A program made the translations under genes and the position numbers. A stretch of 64,000 nucleotides of DNA, taken from Cytophagales bacterium (GTDB lineage: Bacteria > Bacteroidota > Bacteroidia > Cytophagales > UBA9547). Below, piece after piece: positions 29,240 through 38,835 of this stretch (positions within the stretch are counted from its first letter, which is position 1; each line of letters opens with the position of its first letter). A model generated the notes under the pieces. The model searched no databases and had not been told where the DNA came from. It saw only the letters and a program-made list of their open reading frames with translations. Where the stretch lies: assembly GCA_013297755.1 (NCBI GenBank), contig JAAFIH010000003.1:27657-91656 (forward strand), written 5' to 3'.

Positions 29240-29268
29240 ATGACTAAAAATGGTAATTTTTTAGTCAT
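29240..29268. terminator. Bidirectional terminator hairpin
   Basis: ATGACTAAAAA (29240-29250) pairs with TTTTTAGTCAT (29258-29268), between convergent genes. Confidence 0.65.
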
Positions 29269-29276
29269 TATATATT

Positions 29277-30821
29277 TTATTCTGGTGCTACTCCCCTACC
29301 TCTCACTTCCCAAATTTTGTATTCTTCTTCGTTGAATTTAGGTTGTGTGGCAGGTTTTTTCATATATAGAGGGTCTTCAATTCCTTTATCTTTTCTTGAT
29401 TTACGTAAATATCTTTTCCTAGCTCGTTCTTTGTCTTCCAAAGAGTTGGCTTTATTACCACCCAAATAAATTGCACTTGGATGCGAACCTTTACGAATAG
29501 AAGTGAGTAAAATATCTCCACGATAAGAGGTTGCACGTTTGGTTTTGGCTCTGTTGTTGTTTTCAAACGATTTTACACTATTTAGTAATATATCACCTGT
29601 ATTTACAGCCATTTCGTGGCTCAATTCTTTAGTTTTTTTATTCCTTTTTTTCAAATCAACATTTATATTACCCAAATAGCTTGCTATTGCAGCACTTTTG
29701 GCTTTTTCTCGATTAATTTTATCTTTGGCAGTGCCATTGATATCACCAGTATTACTTCCCATTTCTTTGTCGTATTCTTCTCTATGTTTTTTGAGATTTT
29801 TGAGTACGGCTGCATCAGTCAATCCACTTTCGTTAGACTGCAGTCTGCTCATATATTCTTCAATATATTGTCTAATTTGGAATATCTCTTCTACATCGCC
29901 CCCACTACTGGCAGCTTCTCTACCATTTCGTTTACGAATTTCGGGGTATTCATTTTTCATTTCAAACATCTTGAGGCCAATGGTAAGATTTCGTTTTACT
30001 TTTTTCTTAACATCAAGATCACCAGAGGCATTTTGTCTTAATTCGGCAGCTTTGGCATGACGAATGGCTTTTAAATCTCTAACTATTTCTTTATCTGGAG
30101 GTGTGGTAAGATATGAAGGCGACAAAACTGTAAATCTTTCAGAAAAATTAATATCACCACTAGCATTTTCTTTCATTTCAGCAGCTTTTTTTGTTCTAGC
30201 CTCTTTAGGGTCGAAATGTTTGGCACCTCTAGGCACACGTACAAGACTTGAATTAGAATTTCGTGGAACTAAGTCTTCGGTGTTTAAATCACCAGTAGCG
30301 TTTGATTTTAACTCTGCTGCTTTTTGGGTTCTGGCCACTTTAGGATCGAAATGTTTGGCACCTTTTGGAGTCTTTACGAGGCTAGAATTAGAATTTTGCT
30401 GATTTGCATCTAAAGTATTGATGTCGCCAGAACTATTTTTTTTTAATTCTTTAGTTTTATTTGTTCTTACTTTTTTAGGATCTACTTGATGTCCAGTTTG
30501 TGGTACAGGTGGTAAGTAGGAAGGCGATGACACACTAGAACCTTGATTTAAGTCTCCTTTACTTGCAGCTGATTGTTTTGAAGTTTTTTGTACCTTTTCG
30601 GGGGTTACATCAACTCTATCTTTATTGGGCTTTACGGCATTTTTTGGCGAATTTACATTGTATTTTTTAAGCGTTGGCTCGTCTCCAGAAGCATTTTCTT
30701 TTATTTCTGTAGATTTTTTTGATCTTTTAAATACTTTTTCATTCTTTTTTGAAAGTGTACTTTGCTGAGCAAATACCTGACATTGAAAGAAAAAAATAAT
30801 TATATATATTACTATTTTCAA
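29277..30821 (-). CDS. Secreted, highly basic repeat protein of unknown function (about 10 K/R-rich ...N(A/S)(S/T)GD(I/L) repeats)
   Basis: Signal MKIVIYIIIFFFQCQVFAQ. Recurring K-x-x-E-(L/M)-K-x-N-A-S-G-D-(I/L)-N motif. Two adjacent 45-aa near-copies (NSNSSLV(K/R)xP(K/R)GAKHFDPKxARTxKAAExKxNAxGDxN). Confidence 0.7.
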   Translation of the reverse strand: MKIVIYIIIFFFQCQVFAQQSTLSKKNEKVFKRSKKSTEIKENASGDEPTLKKYNVNSPKNAVKPNKDRVDVTPEKVQKTSKQSAASKGDLNQGSSVSSPSYLPPVPQTGHQVDPKKVRTNKTKELKKNSSGDINTLDANQQNSNSSLVKTPKGAKHFDPKVARTQKAAELKSNATGDLNTEDLVPRNSNSSLVRVPRGAKHFDPKEARTKKAAEMKENASGDINFSERFTVLSPSYLTTPPDKEIVRDLKAIRHAKAAELRQNASGDLDVKKKVKRNLTIGLKMFEMKNEYPEIRKRNGREAASSGGDVEEIFQIRQYIEEYMSRLQSNESGLTDAAVLKNLKKHREEYDKEMGSNTGDINGTAKDKINREKAKSAAIASYLGNINVDLKKRNKKTKELSHEMAVNTGDILLNSVKSFENNNRAKTKRATSYRGDILLTSIRKGSHPSAIYLGGNKANSLEDKERARKRYLRKSRKDKGIEDPLYMKKPATQPKFNEEEYKIWEVRGRGVAPE

Positions 30822-30825
30822 AAGA

Positions 30826-31044
30826 TTATCTTTTTTTATCGTACAAATTTTTATCTTTTTTTCTTTTGATCAACCCTGTTTTTTTGTCCCTTTCTTTACG
30901 TGCACCTCCTATAAAATTACCAGTACTATCCATCGAAGCATTTGCACTTGAGTTGTATGCAGGACAAGGATAGCTACTTTTTTTACAAGCAACACAAATA
31001 AAATAAAAAAAGGTAATATAAATAATAAAATAAATAAATCTCAT
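30826..31044 (-). CDS. Small basic lipoprotein-like protein (72 aa)
   Basis: Hydrophobic N-terminus ending VACKK, then a K/R-rich tail. Stop lies 5 nt before the start of the 514-aa repeat protein. Confidence 0.45.
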   Translation of the reverse strand: MRFIYFIIYITFFYFICVACKKSSYPCPAYNSSANASMDSTGNFIGGARKERDKKTGLIKRKKDKNLYDKKR

Positions 31045-31138
31045 CGAAATAAGTAATATTTATAAAAATAATAAAAATTTATTTATTAAAATGTAATAAT
31101 CAAATGACAAATTTCTCGAAAATTTGCACTTTAATATC

Positions 31139-31226
31139 AATGTCTTTTACTTAAGTGTTTTTATTTCCTCTATCTTAGTCTTTTTCCAAATGAAAAAGAT
31201 AATCTGATTATTAAGTAAATGACATT
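31139..31226. mobile_element. Family-1 MITE-like palindromic element, copy A (88 bp)
   Basis: Ends AATGTCTTTTACTTAAG / ATTAAGTAAATGACATT are inverted (14 of 16). The core CCTCTATCTTAGTCTTTTTCCAAATGAAAAAGATAATCTGATT is near-identical to 60440-60481. TTTAATAT is on both flanks (31130-31137 and 31230-31237). Confidence 0.6.
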
Positions 31227-31338
31227 CATTTTAATATTTACAAAAATAATAAATTTTTATAATAAATCAAGTTACCTTTGTTGAAGTACTTTAATAAATT
31301 GATAAAATTATATAATTAAAACTAAAAATCTTAAAGTT

Positions 31339-32274
31339 ATGAACAAAAAAATCATTTTGGTAGCAAGTGTGGCAACTGCACTTAGTCTTTATTTGACAAA
31401 CTGTAAAAAAAAAGAAGCTGACGTAGACCCAATAAAAAAAGATGAAATTACGATTGTAGACGAAACTGCTATGGCATTGCAAAGCAATGATAATTCTGAT
31501 GTAGAAAACCATCTGAGCGATGCTATGTCTGACATTAATAGTTATGGAAATGGAAATACTTTTCGATTAGATGAAAGTACTTGTGTAGGTGTAAACTATG
31601 CTAACTCGACCATTACTGCCACTGGCGGGATTCGCAAAAAACTTACTATTAATTTTAACTCCTCAAATTGCAAAGGATACCTGAGGTCAGGAACCGCCAA
31701 CGTAACCCTAACAAGTGGCATGAAATTTAGCGATGTAGGAGCCACCTGGAACGTATCTTTTGACAACTATACAGTAGTCAAAAATGGGAAAACAACCATA
31801 ATGAATGGCAACTGGACTGTAACTAACAACAATGGTGGATATGTGGGGGGTACTACTGAAGTTACTCACAATATTACTGGAGATGTAAGTGTAGTATTTG
31901 AAAACGGTACCAGCCGCAGCTGGACAGTAAGCGAATACAGGGTATGGGCTGCGAATGCTGCATCATTGAAAATTTATGGAAATGGAAATTACAGAGGCTA
32001 CAACGATGTAGTAAGATATGGCACAAATAGAAATGGTATTACTTTTTATACACGCATCAATGGAAGTTCGCCAGTAGTAATTTCTAAAATAAATTGTAGT
32101 AATGTTGAAACTTTAAAATATGTATCAGGTAGCAGAATTCATACAGTAGAAAAAGAAGATGGATTAATCAAAAGAATTGAATCAATTTCTTTGAATGAAT
32201 CAACTTGTATCAATACATATTCTGTAACTATTGAGAAAAAAGACAAAACTGTAACCAGAACAGTTACTTTTTAA
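31339..32274 (+). CDS. Lipoprotein of unknown function
   Basis: Signal plus lipobox LYLTNCKKK. 311 aa, N/T/G-rich beta-type composition. Confidence 0.6.
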   Translation: MNKKIILVASVATALSLYLTNCKKKEADVDPIKKDEITIVDETAMALQSNDNSDVENHLSDAMSDINSYGNGNTFRLDESTCVGVNYANSTITATGGIRKKLTINFNSSNCKGYLRSGTANVTLTSGMKFSDVGATWNVSFDNYTVVKNGKTTIMNGNWTVTNNNGGYVGGTTEVTHNITGDVSVVFENGTSRSWTVSEYRVWAANAASLKIYGNGNYRGYNDVVRYGTNRNGITFYTRINGSSPVVISKINCSNVETLKYVSGSRIHTVEKEDGLIKRIESISLNESTCINTYSVTIEKKDKTVTRTVTF

Positions 32275-32295
32275 TAAACTAATTATTGAAATATA

Positions 32296-32331
32296 AAAAA
32301 AACTCTCAAAATAAAATTTGAGAGTTTTTTT
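32296..32331. terminator. Bidirectional terminator hairpin
   Basis: AAAAAAACTCTCAAA (32296-32310) pairs with TTTGAGAGTTTTTTT (32317-32331). It overlaps the TamB stop by 2 nt. Confidence 0.7.
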
Positions 32332-35300
32332 ATTTATTTAACTCGTTTGGTTTTATTTTTTTCTTTTTCTTTTTGAATGGATTAAGTGAATTAAAAGTTG
32401 CAGTATGCACTATACTAGCACCAGCAGCAGTATTTGAAGCATTATTTGTACCAGATGATAGTACATTTGGATTGTTTTTATTGAAACCTTTGAGCCTAAA
32501 TTTACCATCCTCTGTCAGCATATACTCTACCATCCACTCGCCAATGGCATTGGCTGTGGCCGATTGGTTATTAGCATTGGTTACACCAGAACTTCTAGTA
32601 ACCCTAATTTTGCCATCCATAAGTGTATAACTTACCCTCAACTGCATGGCCGAAAGAGCATCTCTGTTCAATCCATTGACGTTTAAATCTACTTGTAAAT
32701 TTTCGTCTAATTGCGAAACTAAATTCCTTAATTGATTGCTTAGTAACTCACTCACTGTGCTACCCACAGTATTGTCAATTCCCAAATTATCTTGTCCTAA
32801 AAATCTACGAAAAACTAATAAACCAAAAACCTGATTATTCATTTCATTTTCATTATTTCTAATTTTATTTTCAAATGCAGACACAAAATTAAAAACAGGC
32901 ACTCCACTAACTACAGCAGGGTAATCTTTTATTTGAATATCATAAGTTATGGTGGGTTTCATCAAATCATTGCGTAACATCAAAATTGTAGAAACTGGAA
33001 ATGGAGCTTTGATACCTGGTTTTCGCCAAGCCGAGCTATCTATGATTGGCCATATAGGTACTCTATCATCATAACTTGCAGTTACATCAATGATTGATTC
33101 GTAGGGATTGCCTGTAAAAACGATATTACTGCCTTTCTTAATATTAAATTTCTTACTGATTGTGTTTAAAAAAGTAAAATAATAATAGCTATCTTTGTCA
33201 AAAATATAGTTTCCTACCATCGAAAAATCATCGTTTGTATTGATTTGCATATTGACTTTTCCATTTCCATAACCCGAAATTTTATCTCCTGAGGTTTGGT
33301 CCAAAACAATTTCAAGTAAAGCATCTGGTGTAAAATCAAAATTGAAATTCATATCTATGTGCAAACTACTCGAATTAAGTTTGGGTTTAGTAAACGATTT
33401 TTGCTTGGTTGAGTTTTTTGTATTAAAAGTAATAAAAGTATTTTTTTCAACCGAAACTCCATTATTTAAAGGGACAATAATATTGGTTTGTTTGTCTGAT
33501 ATAGCATGAATATCTATTTTAATATCCTTGAAAGTACCGTTCACATCAAAATCGCCAGTAGCAAAAGCATTGCCATAATACACGCAACTATCTGTATAAG
33601 AGGTATTTAACAATTCTATATTTGAAAATTTACCATTGATGTTTAATTTAAAATCTTTAAAATTTTGATGAGTAAAAGCACCATTCACTAATGCAAAATT
33701 TGCTAAACGATCATACATTTTTGTATTTGAAAACTCAAAAATATTTGGTTTTATATGCACTGTATTCGAGAATGAATAGGATGTATTCAAGTAATTGAGC
33801 CTGAAACCAGCATTAGATAAAGCAATTTGCCCATGAAGTAAAGGTTGTAACAAATTTCCATTAATCTTAATTTCTCCATTAGCTTCACCTTTGATGTCAG
33901 AAATAATTTCTTCTATAAATGGTTCAAACACAGACAAATGTGTGCCATTAAATTTTGCAGATAGTTGTAATTTATTGTTTTTATCAACTTCTTTAGGGCT
34001 GTAAAAGCCACTTAAATCAAAAAAACGATCCTTATTCTTACTAATAGCTACATCCAACAATAATTTAGATTGAACTATATCCCAGTTGGTGCCACCTTCT
34101 ACTTTGCCAATTTCAAAATTTTTGATTTTTAAATTATCTATCAATAAATCACTTTTAATATCTGGTTCGTTGAAAATATTTCTGACATGTATGGTAGAAT
34201 TGAGATTTCCAAATAAATTAATACCAAGTAAGTTATTAAAATTTTCTAACTTAAAATTTTCAACATATATTTCAGCAGATTTTTCGATAGACTTTGCAAA
34301 AGCACCATTGATAGCAATACGTTGATTTTCATTTTTAAACTGTGTATTGCTAAAAGAAATTAACTCTGGAGAATAATCAATTTGGTTGGTAGAATCTAAA
34401 ACCCATTTTTTGTCAAGCAGTTTAAGAAAAGTATTATAAAAATTCATTTTTTTATTACTTCCATCTATGCTAATATCACCACTAATATTGGCTTCGTTGG
34501 TTTGATTGGTTTGTTTGATAGATGAATTAAAACTAATGTTGTTGTTGATCCAACTTGTGGCCAATCTAAAATTTTGAAGATTGACAATATCTCCCATTTG
34601 TTGATTTTCGGACGAAAAAAACACTTCACACATGATTGTAGGAGTGTTTTTTGATTTTAAAAAAGCAGTTTTAAAGCTATTATTTTCAAATTTTAAGTTA
34701 TCATAAGAGAAGGAATCAGACTTTATTTCCATTTTTAAGTCATGGTTATGACCTGACATATAACTGCCTTTGGCAATTGTATTTTTGGCAAACTGCCATC
34801 CAGGATAAAAAATATCTAACAAAGGATTGATATTTTTATTACTAAAACTATAATCTATATCAATTCCACCTGGCAGATTTGGATGTGTGGTTTGTAATAA
34901 ATTTTGTGTAGAAAATTGTTGAACATTCCATGATTTTTTTACTTGACTAGAAAAATCAGTAATATGTTGATATAAATTCTGAAAATTAAAAAGACCTGAT
35001 ATGTGAAGATCAGCAGCATCAGATTTAATTTTGAAATCGCTTTTGTCATTTTCTCGGTCATAAATAGCAGTAATATTTTTATAATTTGCAGTTTTATTTT
35101 TATATTTTAATTTGAACTCATTTAACTCAACTTGTCCAGCCAAATTGCCCCACCCCCAACCCTTGGTTTTCAAAAAAACATCACTTGTTGCTATGATTGG
35201 AGTTGGGGTAAGTTTAAAAGATTGAAGGTTGATTTTTTGGATTCTGGCTATCAATGTGCTATACTCTGATTTTGATTGCAAACCCATTTCAAAAGTTGCA

Positions 35301-36835
35301 TCAGCAATTAAACTGGTGTCTTTTACATCAATGTTAGCGTTAATAATTTGTTTCTTTATAGTTGATCTAAGTAAGATATTATGAAAATCAAAACTTTGAA
35401 AATTAATTTTATCAACTACGCCATGTGCCGACATATCCATTGTGTTGTGATCAAAACCCTTACCTTCAACAAAAATATGAGATGATATTTTACCTACAGT
35501 ATTGTCGTTGAGTGCTTCACCAAGATCTAAATTTTTGGTAGTAATTTCGGCAAAATACTTGCCCAAAGGCCATTGAGTTTGTGGTGTTTTTAGCTGTAAA
35601 TTTACATCAAAATTACCAATGGGAGTATCAAAAACAGCAAAAGTATTAAAATTGTGCATATAACCTTTGTAGTAACCGTAAACTTTGGCACGATGAAATT
35701 TATTTAATATTGGCATAGCACTTGCAAGTCCATATCGTTGAATATCTTTTGAAAAAAGTAAGGATTTATGGATTTTAATATCAGAAAAAGTACTATCTAA
35801 TTGAGGAAATCCTTTGACTCGTCCAGAGATATTGACAAAACTTGTTTTACCAAAACCAATATTTATATGATGTACTCTAAAATTTTTGACTTTGCCCACA
35901 AAATCTCCATCAACAATCCAGGAATCTCCAAAATTTTTGATACTTGGCACAAAAACACCTATATCAGAAGCATATAAAATTGCATTTTTAAAATTAATTT
36001 TCAGTTTAACACTATCATTAAAATTGGCAAGTGAACTATATTTATTAAATTTTAAAATAACAGTATCAGTAATAAAAGAACGTCCTAGAAAGCCCTCCAA
36101 ATTTTCTAATTTCAAAAATTGAGGACACATGGCATAATCTGCTTTTAGGTTTTTGATTTTTAATTTTGCAAATTGATCAGTTGCATCAAGGCTCTTTATT
36201 TTAAATCTAAAAGTATCCTTTATGACATTAAAATTTTCTACTTTTAGGTTGATACTATCGAAAGCAAAGTGTGGAAACTGAAATCTATCTGTTAAAACCT
36301 CTATGGTAGGATCGTGGAAACTACAAAAAGCGTTTTCAATATTAATTTTTTTGATAGTAAATACTGGTCTTTTGATTTTAGGGTTGTAGGGTGGTGGTGG
36401 TGGTGTGTTTGGAATATCTCCAAAATGCTCAATACAATAAATTAGATTTCCTATATTAATATCATTCACAGTAGAATCATATTTGAGTTTTATTACTGGA
36501 TGAGTAAGTTTTGCACTAGAAATTGTTTTATTTCTAGTAAGTAAAGATGGAATATTAAACTTGACTTCTAGTTGTTTCACTGCCAACATATCAGTTTTAT
36601 CCATATCTTTTATAGTAAGATTATTGATAGTAATCTGACCCATAAAACCAATATTAATTTCTTGCAAATCAATAGGGTATGGAATTTTTGAATTTAAAAA
36701 AGTAGTAATTTTTTTTATTACAAAAAGTTGAACAGGTGGTAATTGTATAGTAGCTATAAAAACTCCAAATAAACCAAAAATAGATAGAATAAAAATGAGG
36801 ACAATCTTACAAAATTTTTTAAAAAAATTTAACAA
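32330..36835 (-). CDS. tamB: TamB/AsmA-like translocation and assembly module protein
   Basis: 1501 aa. Single N-terminal TM anchor (IVLIFILSIFGLFGVFIATI), long beta-rich repetitive body, C-terminal DUF490-like region (LRVSYTLMDGKIRVTRS...KFRLKGFNK). Confidence 0.75.
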   Translation of the reverse strand: MLNFFKKFCKIVLIFILSIFGLFGVFIATIQLPPVQLFVIKKITTFLNSKIPYPIDLQEINIGFMGQITINNLTIKDMDKTDMLAVKQLEVKFNIPSLLTRNKTISSAKLTHPVIKLKYDSTVNDINIGNLIYCIEHFGDIPNTPPPPPYNPKIKRPVFTIKKINIENAFCSFHDPTIEVLTDRFQFPHFAFDSINLKVENFNVIKDTFRFKIKSLDATDQFAKLKIKNLKADYAMCPQFLKLENLEGFLGRSFITDTVILKFNKYSSLANFNDSVKLKINFKNAILYASDIGVFVPSIKNFGDSWIVDGDFVGKVKNFRVHHINIGFGKTSFVNISGRVKGFPQLDSTFSDIKIHKSLLFSKDIQRYGLASAMPILNKFHRAKVYGYYKGYMHNFNTFAVFDTPIGNFDVNLQLKTPQTQWPLGKYFAEITTKNLDLGEALNDNTVGKISSHIFVEGKGFDHNTMDMSAHGVVDKINFQSFDFHNILLRSTIKKQIINANIDVKDTSLIADATFEMGLQSKSEYSTLIARIQKINLQSFKLTPTPIIATSDVFLKTKGWGWGNLAGQVELNEFKLKYKNKTANYKNITAIYDRENDKSDFKIKSDAADLHISGLFNFQNLYQHITDFSSQVKKSWNVQQFSTQNLLQTTHPNLPGGIDIDYSFSNKNINPLLDIFYPGWQFAKNTIAKGSYMSGHNHDLKMEIKSDSFSYDNLKFENNSFKTAFLKSKNTPTIMCEVFFSSENQQMGDIVNLQNFRLATSWINNNISFNSSIKQTNQTNEANISGDISIDGSNKKMNFYNTFLKLLDKKWVLDSTNQIDYSPELISFSNTQFKNENQRIAINGAFAKSIEKSAEIYVENFKLENFNNLLGINLFGNLNSTIHVRNIFNEPDIKSDLLIDNLKIKNFEIGKVEGGTNWDIVQSKLLLDVAISKNKDRFFDLSGFYSPKEVDKNNKLQLSAKFNGTHLSVFEPFIEEIISDIKGEANGEIKINGNLLQPLLHGQIALSNAGFRLNYLNTSYSFSNTVHIKPNIFEFSNTKMYDRLANFALVNGAFTHQNFKDFKLNINGKFSNIELLNTSYTDSCVYYGNAFATGDFDVNGTFKDIKIDIHAISDKQTNIIVPLNNGVSVEKNTFITFNTKNSTKQKSFTKPKLNSSSLHIDMNFNFDFTPDALLEIVLDQTSGDKISGYGNGKVNMQINTNDDFSMVGNYIFDKDSYYYFTFLNTISKKFNIKKGSNIVFTGNPYESIIDVTASYDDRVPIWPIIDSSAWRKPGIKAPFPVSTILMLRNDLMKPTITYDIQIKDYPAVVSGVPVFNFVSAFENKIRNNENEMNNQVFGLLVFRRFLGQDNLGIDNTVGSTVSELLSNQLRNLVSQLDENLQVDLNVNGLNRDALSAMQLRVSYTLMDGKIRVTRSSGVTNANNQSATANAIGEWMVEYMLTEDGKFRLKGFNKNNPNVLSSGTNNASNTAAGASIVHTATFNSLNPFKKKKKKIKPNELNK

Positions 36836-37061
36836 AATCTATGGTTTAAATTTTTTAATAATTTTCTATACATTGTAGTAAATATACAAATATTTTTTCA
36901 TAAAACTAATTTTTAGGATATGGGGTTTACAAAATGAATCATTTATTTATAAATAAATAAGAATAACTTAAAAAAATGAAAAATATTATATAAATATCTA
37001 AACCTCATTTTCGTAATCAACCACTGTATTGTAAAAAAAATAAAATTAAAATAGAGGTCAG

Positions 37062-38264
37062 TTAGTTGATATTAAGTTTTTTTAAAGCCATTTCGCAAAT
37101 CGTTTTACCAATCGAAAGCGAAGATGTGGCCGCTGGCGATGGTGCATTACATACATTGATGATAAATGTATCTTCAATTATGGCAAAATCGTCCAACAAT
37201 CCACCCTCACGATCGCATGCTTGTGCACGTACGCCAGCATGGGTGGGTATGAGATCGTCTTTTTGAATTTCGGGTATCAATCTTTGGAGAGCTTTTGTAA
37301 AAGCAGTTTTAGAAAACGAGCGTTTATACTCGCCAAGACCTGTTTTCCAATATTTGAGAGCCACTTTTTGAAATCCTGGCCAAGTGATAGAAGCCCAAAA
37401 TTCATTAAAATCAAAATCAAATAATTTGTAACCTTCTTTTTTGAACGCAAAAACAGCATTGGGACCACATTCTACATTGCCATCAATCATGTTGGTAAAA
37501 TGAACACCCAAGAATGGAAAATTAGGATCAGGAACAGGATAAATCAATGTTTTTACCAAATGCCTTTTCTCTGGTTTAAGCAAAAAATATTCTCCTCTAA
37601 AAGGAATAATTCTTACATTAATTTTATCTTTATTGATAGCAGCTATTGCATCTGAATACAAACCAGCACAGTTTATTATCAGTTTAGTTTCTATTTTAAG
37701 GGTACTGGTTTCAACAAAAGTAGAAGTGTTGCTATTGACAATATTTGCAACTTTCTGACCAAGTTCAATTTTACCACCTGCATTTTTAAACAAATCTCCC
37801 ATTTTTTCGGCCACTTCAGTATAGTCAATAATACCAGTATAGGGTACATGTAAGCCTGCTAAACCATTGACATGTGGCTCAATTTTTTTTAATTCTAAAG
37901 TTGTGAGTTTTTTTATTTTAGAAAGGCCATTTTCTAAACCTCTTTTATACAAATTTTCTAATCCATCAAGTTCGTTGGGCCTAGTAGCCACCACTACTTT
38001 GCCACATAAATTATATTTGATGTGATGTTTATCAGCAAATTCGAGCAGCATATTATATCCATTGATACAATTAATTGCTTTTAAACTTCCAGGTTTGTAA
38101 TATAAACCAGAATGGATAACTCCACTATTATTGCCAGTTTGGTGTTTTACAAGTTCGTTTTCTTTTTCTAAAAGCGTAATAGCAAGATTAGGATTTGCTT
38201 CTTTTAGTTTATGTGCAGTGGCCAACCCCACAATTCCTCCACCAATAATTACTATATCTTGCAT
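37062..38264 (-). CDS. lhgO: L-2-hydroxyglutarate oxidase (FAD-dependent)
   Basis: MQDIVIIGGGIVGLATAHKL...LLEKE...HQTGNNSGVIHSGLYYKPGSLKA is collinear with LhgO/YgaF. 400 aa. Confidence 0.8.
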   Translation of the reverse strand: MQDIVIIGGGIVGLATAHKLKEANPNLAITLLEKENELVKHQTGNNSGVIHSGLYYKPGSLKAINCINGYNMLLEFADKHHIKYNLCGKVVVATRPNELDGLENLYKRGLENGLSKIKKLTTLELKKIEPHVNGLAGLHVPYTGIIDYTEVAEKMGDLFKNAGGKIELGQKVANIVNSNTSTFVETSTLKIETKLIINCAGLYSDAIAAINKDKINVRIIPFRGEYFLLKPEKRHLVKTLIYPVPDPNFPFLGVHFTNMIDGNVECGPNAVFAFKKEGYKLFDFDFNEFWASITWPGFQKVALKYWKTGLGEYKRSFSKTAFTKALQRLIPEIQKDDLIPTHAGVRAQACDREGGLLDDFAIIEDTFIINVCNAPSPAATSSLSIGKTICEMALKKLNIN

Positions 38265-38284
38265 GATTTTTCAATTTTGAATTG

Positions 38285-38292
38285 CAAATTTA
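38285..38292 (-). promoter_or_regulatory. -7 box (CAAATTTA on plus strand = TAAATTTG) for lhgO
   Basis: TAnnTTTG match on the minus strand, 21 nt upstream of the ATG at 38264. Confidence 0.4.
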
Positions 38293-38504
38293 CAACCTCT
38301 TTGAGATTTATAAAACACATATTTTAAAAAAATTGTATTTTATTTATATTTTTATAGAAATATAGTAATAATACAATTTGTATTTTTTTAACTATAAATA
38401 GTATTCAATAAAGAACTTTTATATAAAATTGCATTTTTCTAATATAATTATGGTATAAATAATTGATTTTAAATAAATTATGTTTTCCAAAACATAATTA
38501 TATA

Positions 38505-38512
38505 TACCTTTG
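38505..38512 (+). promoter_or_regulatory. Orphan -7 box TACCTTTG with no ORF behind it
   Basis: TAnnTTTG match preceded by a perfect 11-bp palindrome (38476-38499). The nearest downstream gene has its own -7 box at 38805. Confidence 0.35.
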
Positions 38513-38519
38513 CAATATC

Positions 38520-38772
38520 AAATTGTAATAAAAAAGAATACTAAATTGATTTTACTTAAAAATTGAATATAAAAATAGTACAATATACAAATTAGAATTA
38601 AAAAGTATCATTTTGCTTATACAAGATGATATTAAAAATATAAAGTCGGTGATGTTGGTAAATCGAATACATAACTATTTATCAACATACTCTTAAACAA
38701 GATAAAAACCGACTTGCTATTATATCACTTTTTCAAAAGGGTAGCACATACAAAAGGCTACCCTTATTTTTT
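38520..38772 (+). ncRNA. Candidate small RNA or cis-regulatory leader (promoter-to-terminator unit)
   Basis: Bounded by the -7 box at 38505 and the intrinsic terminator at 38737-38772. Nested hairpin: AAGTCGGT (38643-50) pairs with ACCGACTT (38708-15), enclosing ATGTTGGTAAA (38652-62) paired with TTTATCAACAT (38678-88). Only 5- and 14-codon ORFs are present. Confidence 0.3.
38737..38772 (+). terminator. Intrinsic terminator
   Basis: AAGGGTAGC (38737-45) pairs with GCTACCCTT (38757-65), 11-nt loop, followed by ATTTTTT. Confidence 0.7.
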
Positions 38773-38804
38773 ATACTCAATCCTAAAATATTTTAAAAAA
38801 ATAG

Positions 38805-38812
38805 TATATTTG
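38805..38812 (+). promoter_or_regulatory. -7 box TATATTTG for the PhyH-family gene
   Basis: TAnnTTTG match 24 nt upstream of the start at 38836. Confidence 0.45.
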
Positions 38813-38835
38813 AAAAATTATTAAATTCACACAAA

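Noticed and set aside
29616-30402. Three long plus-strand ORFs (141, 120 and 112 aa) antisense to the lysine-rich gene
   Set aside because: They are artefacts of the low-complexity AAR/GAA-rich sense strand, which yields F/L/S-rich antisense frames. They have no start context or signal features, and the sense ORF has a signal peptide and a coherent repeat structure.
36941-36958. Perfect 18-bp palindrome ATTTATTTATAAATAAAT upstream of TamB
   Set aside because: It is composed only of A/T and made of short internal repeats, as expected by chance in this composition. It is not a convincing operator.
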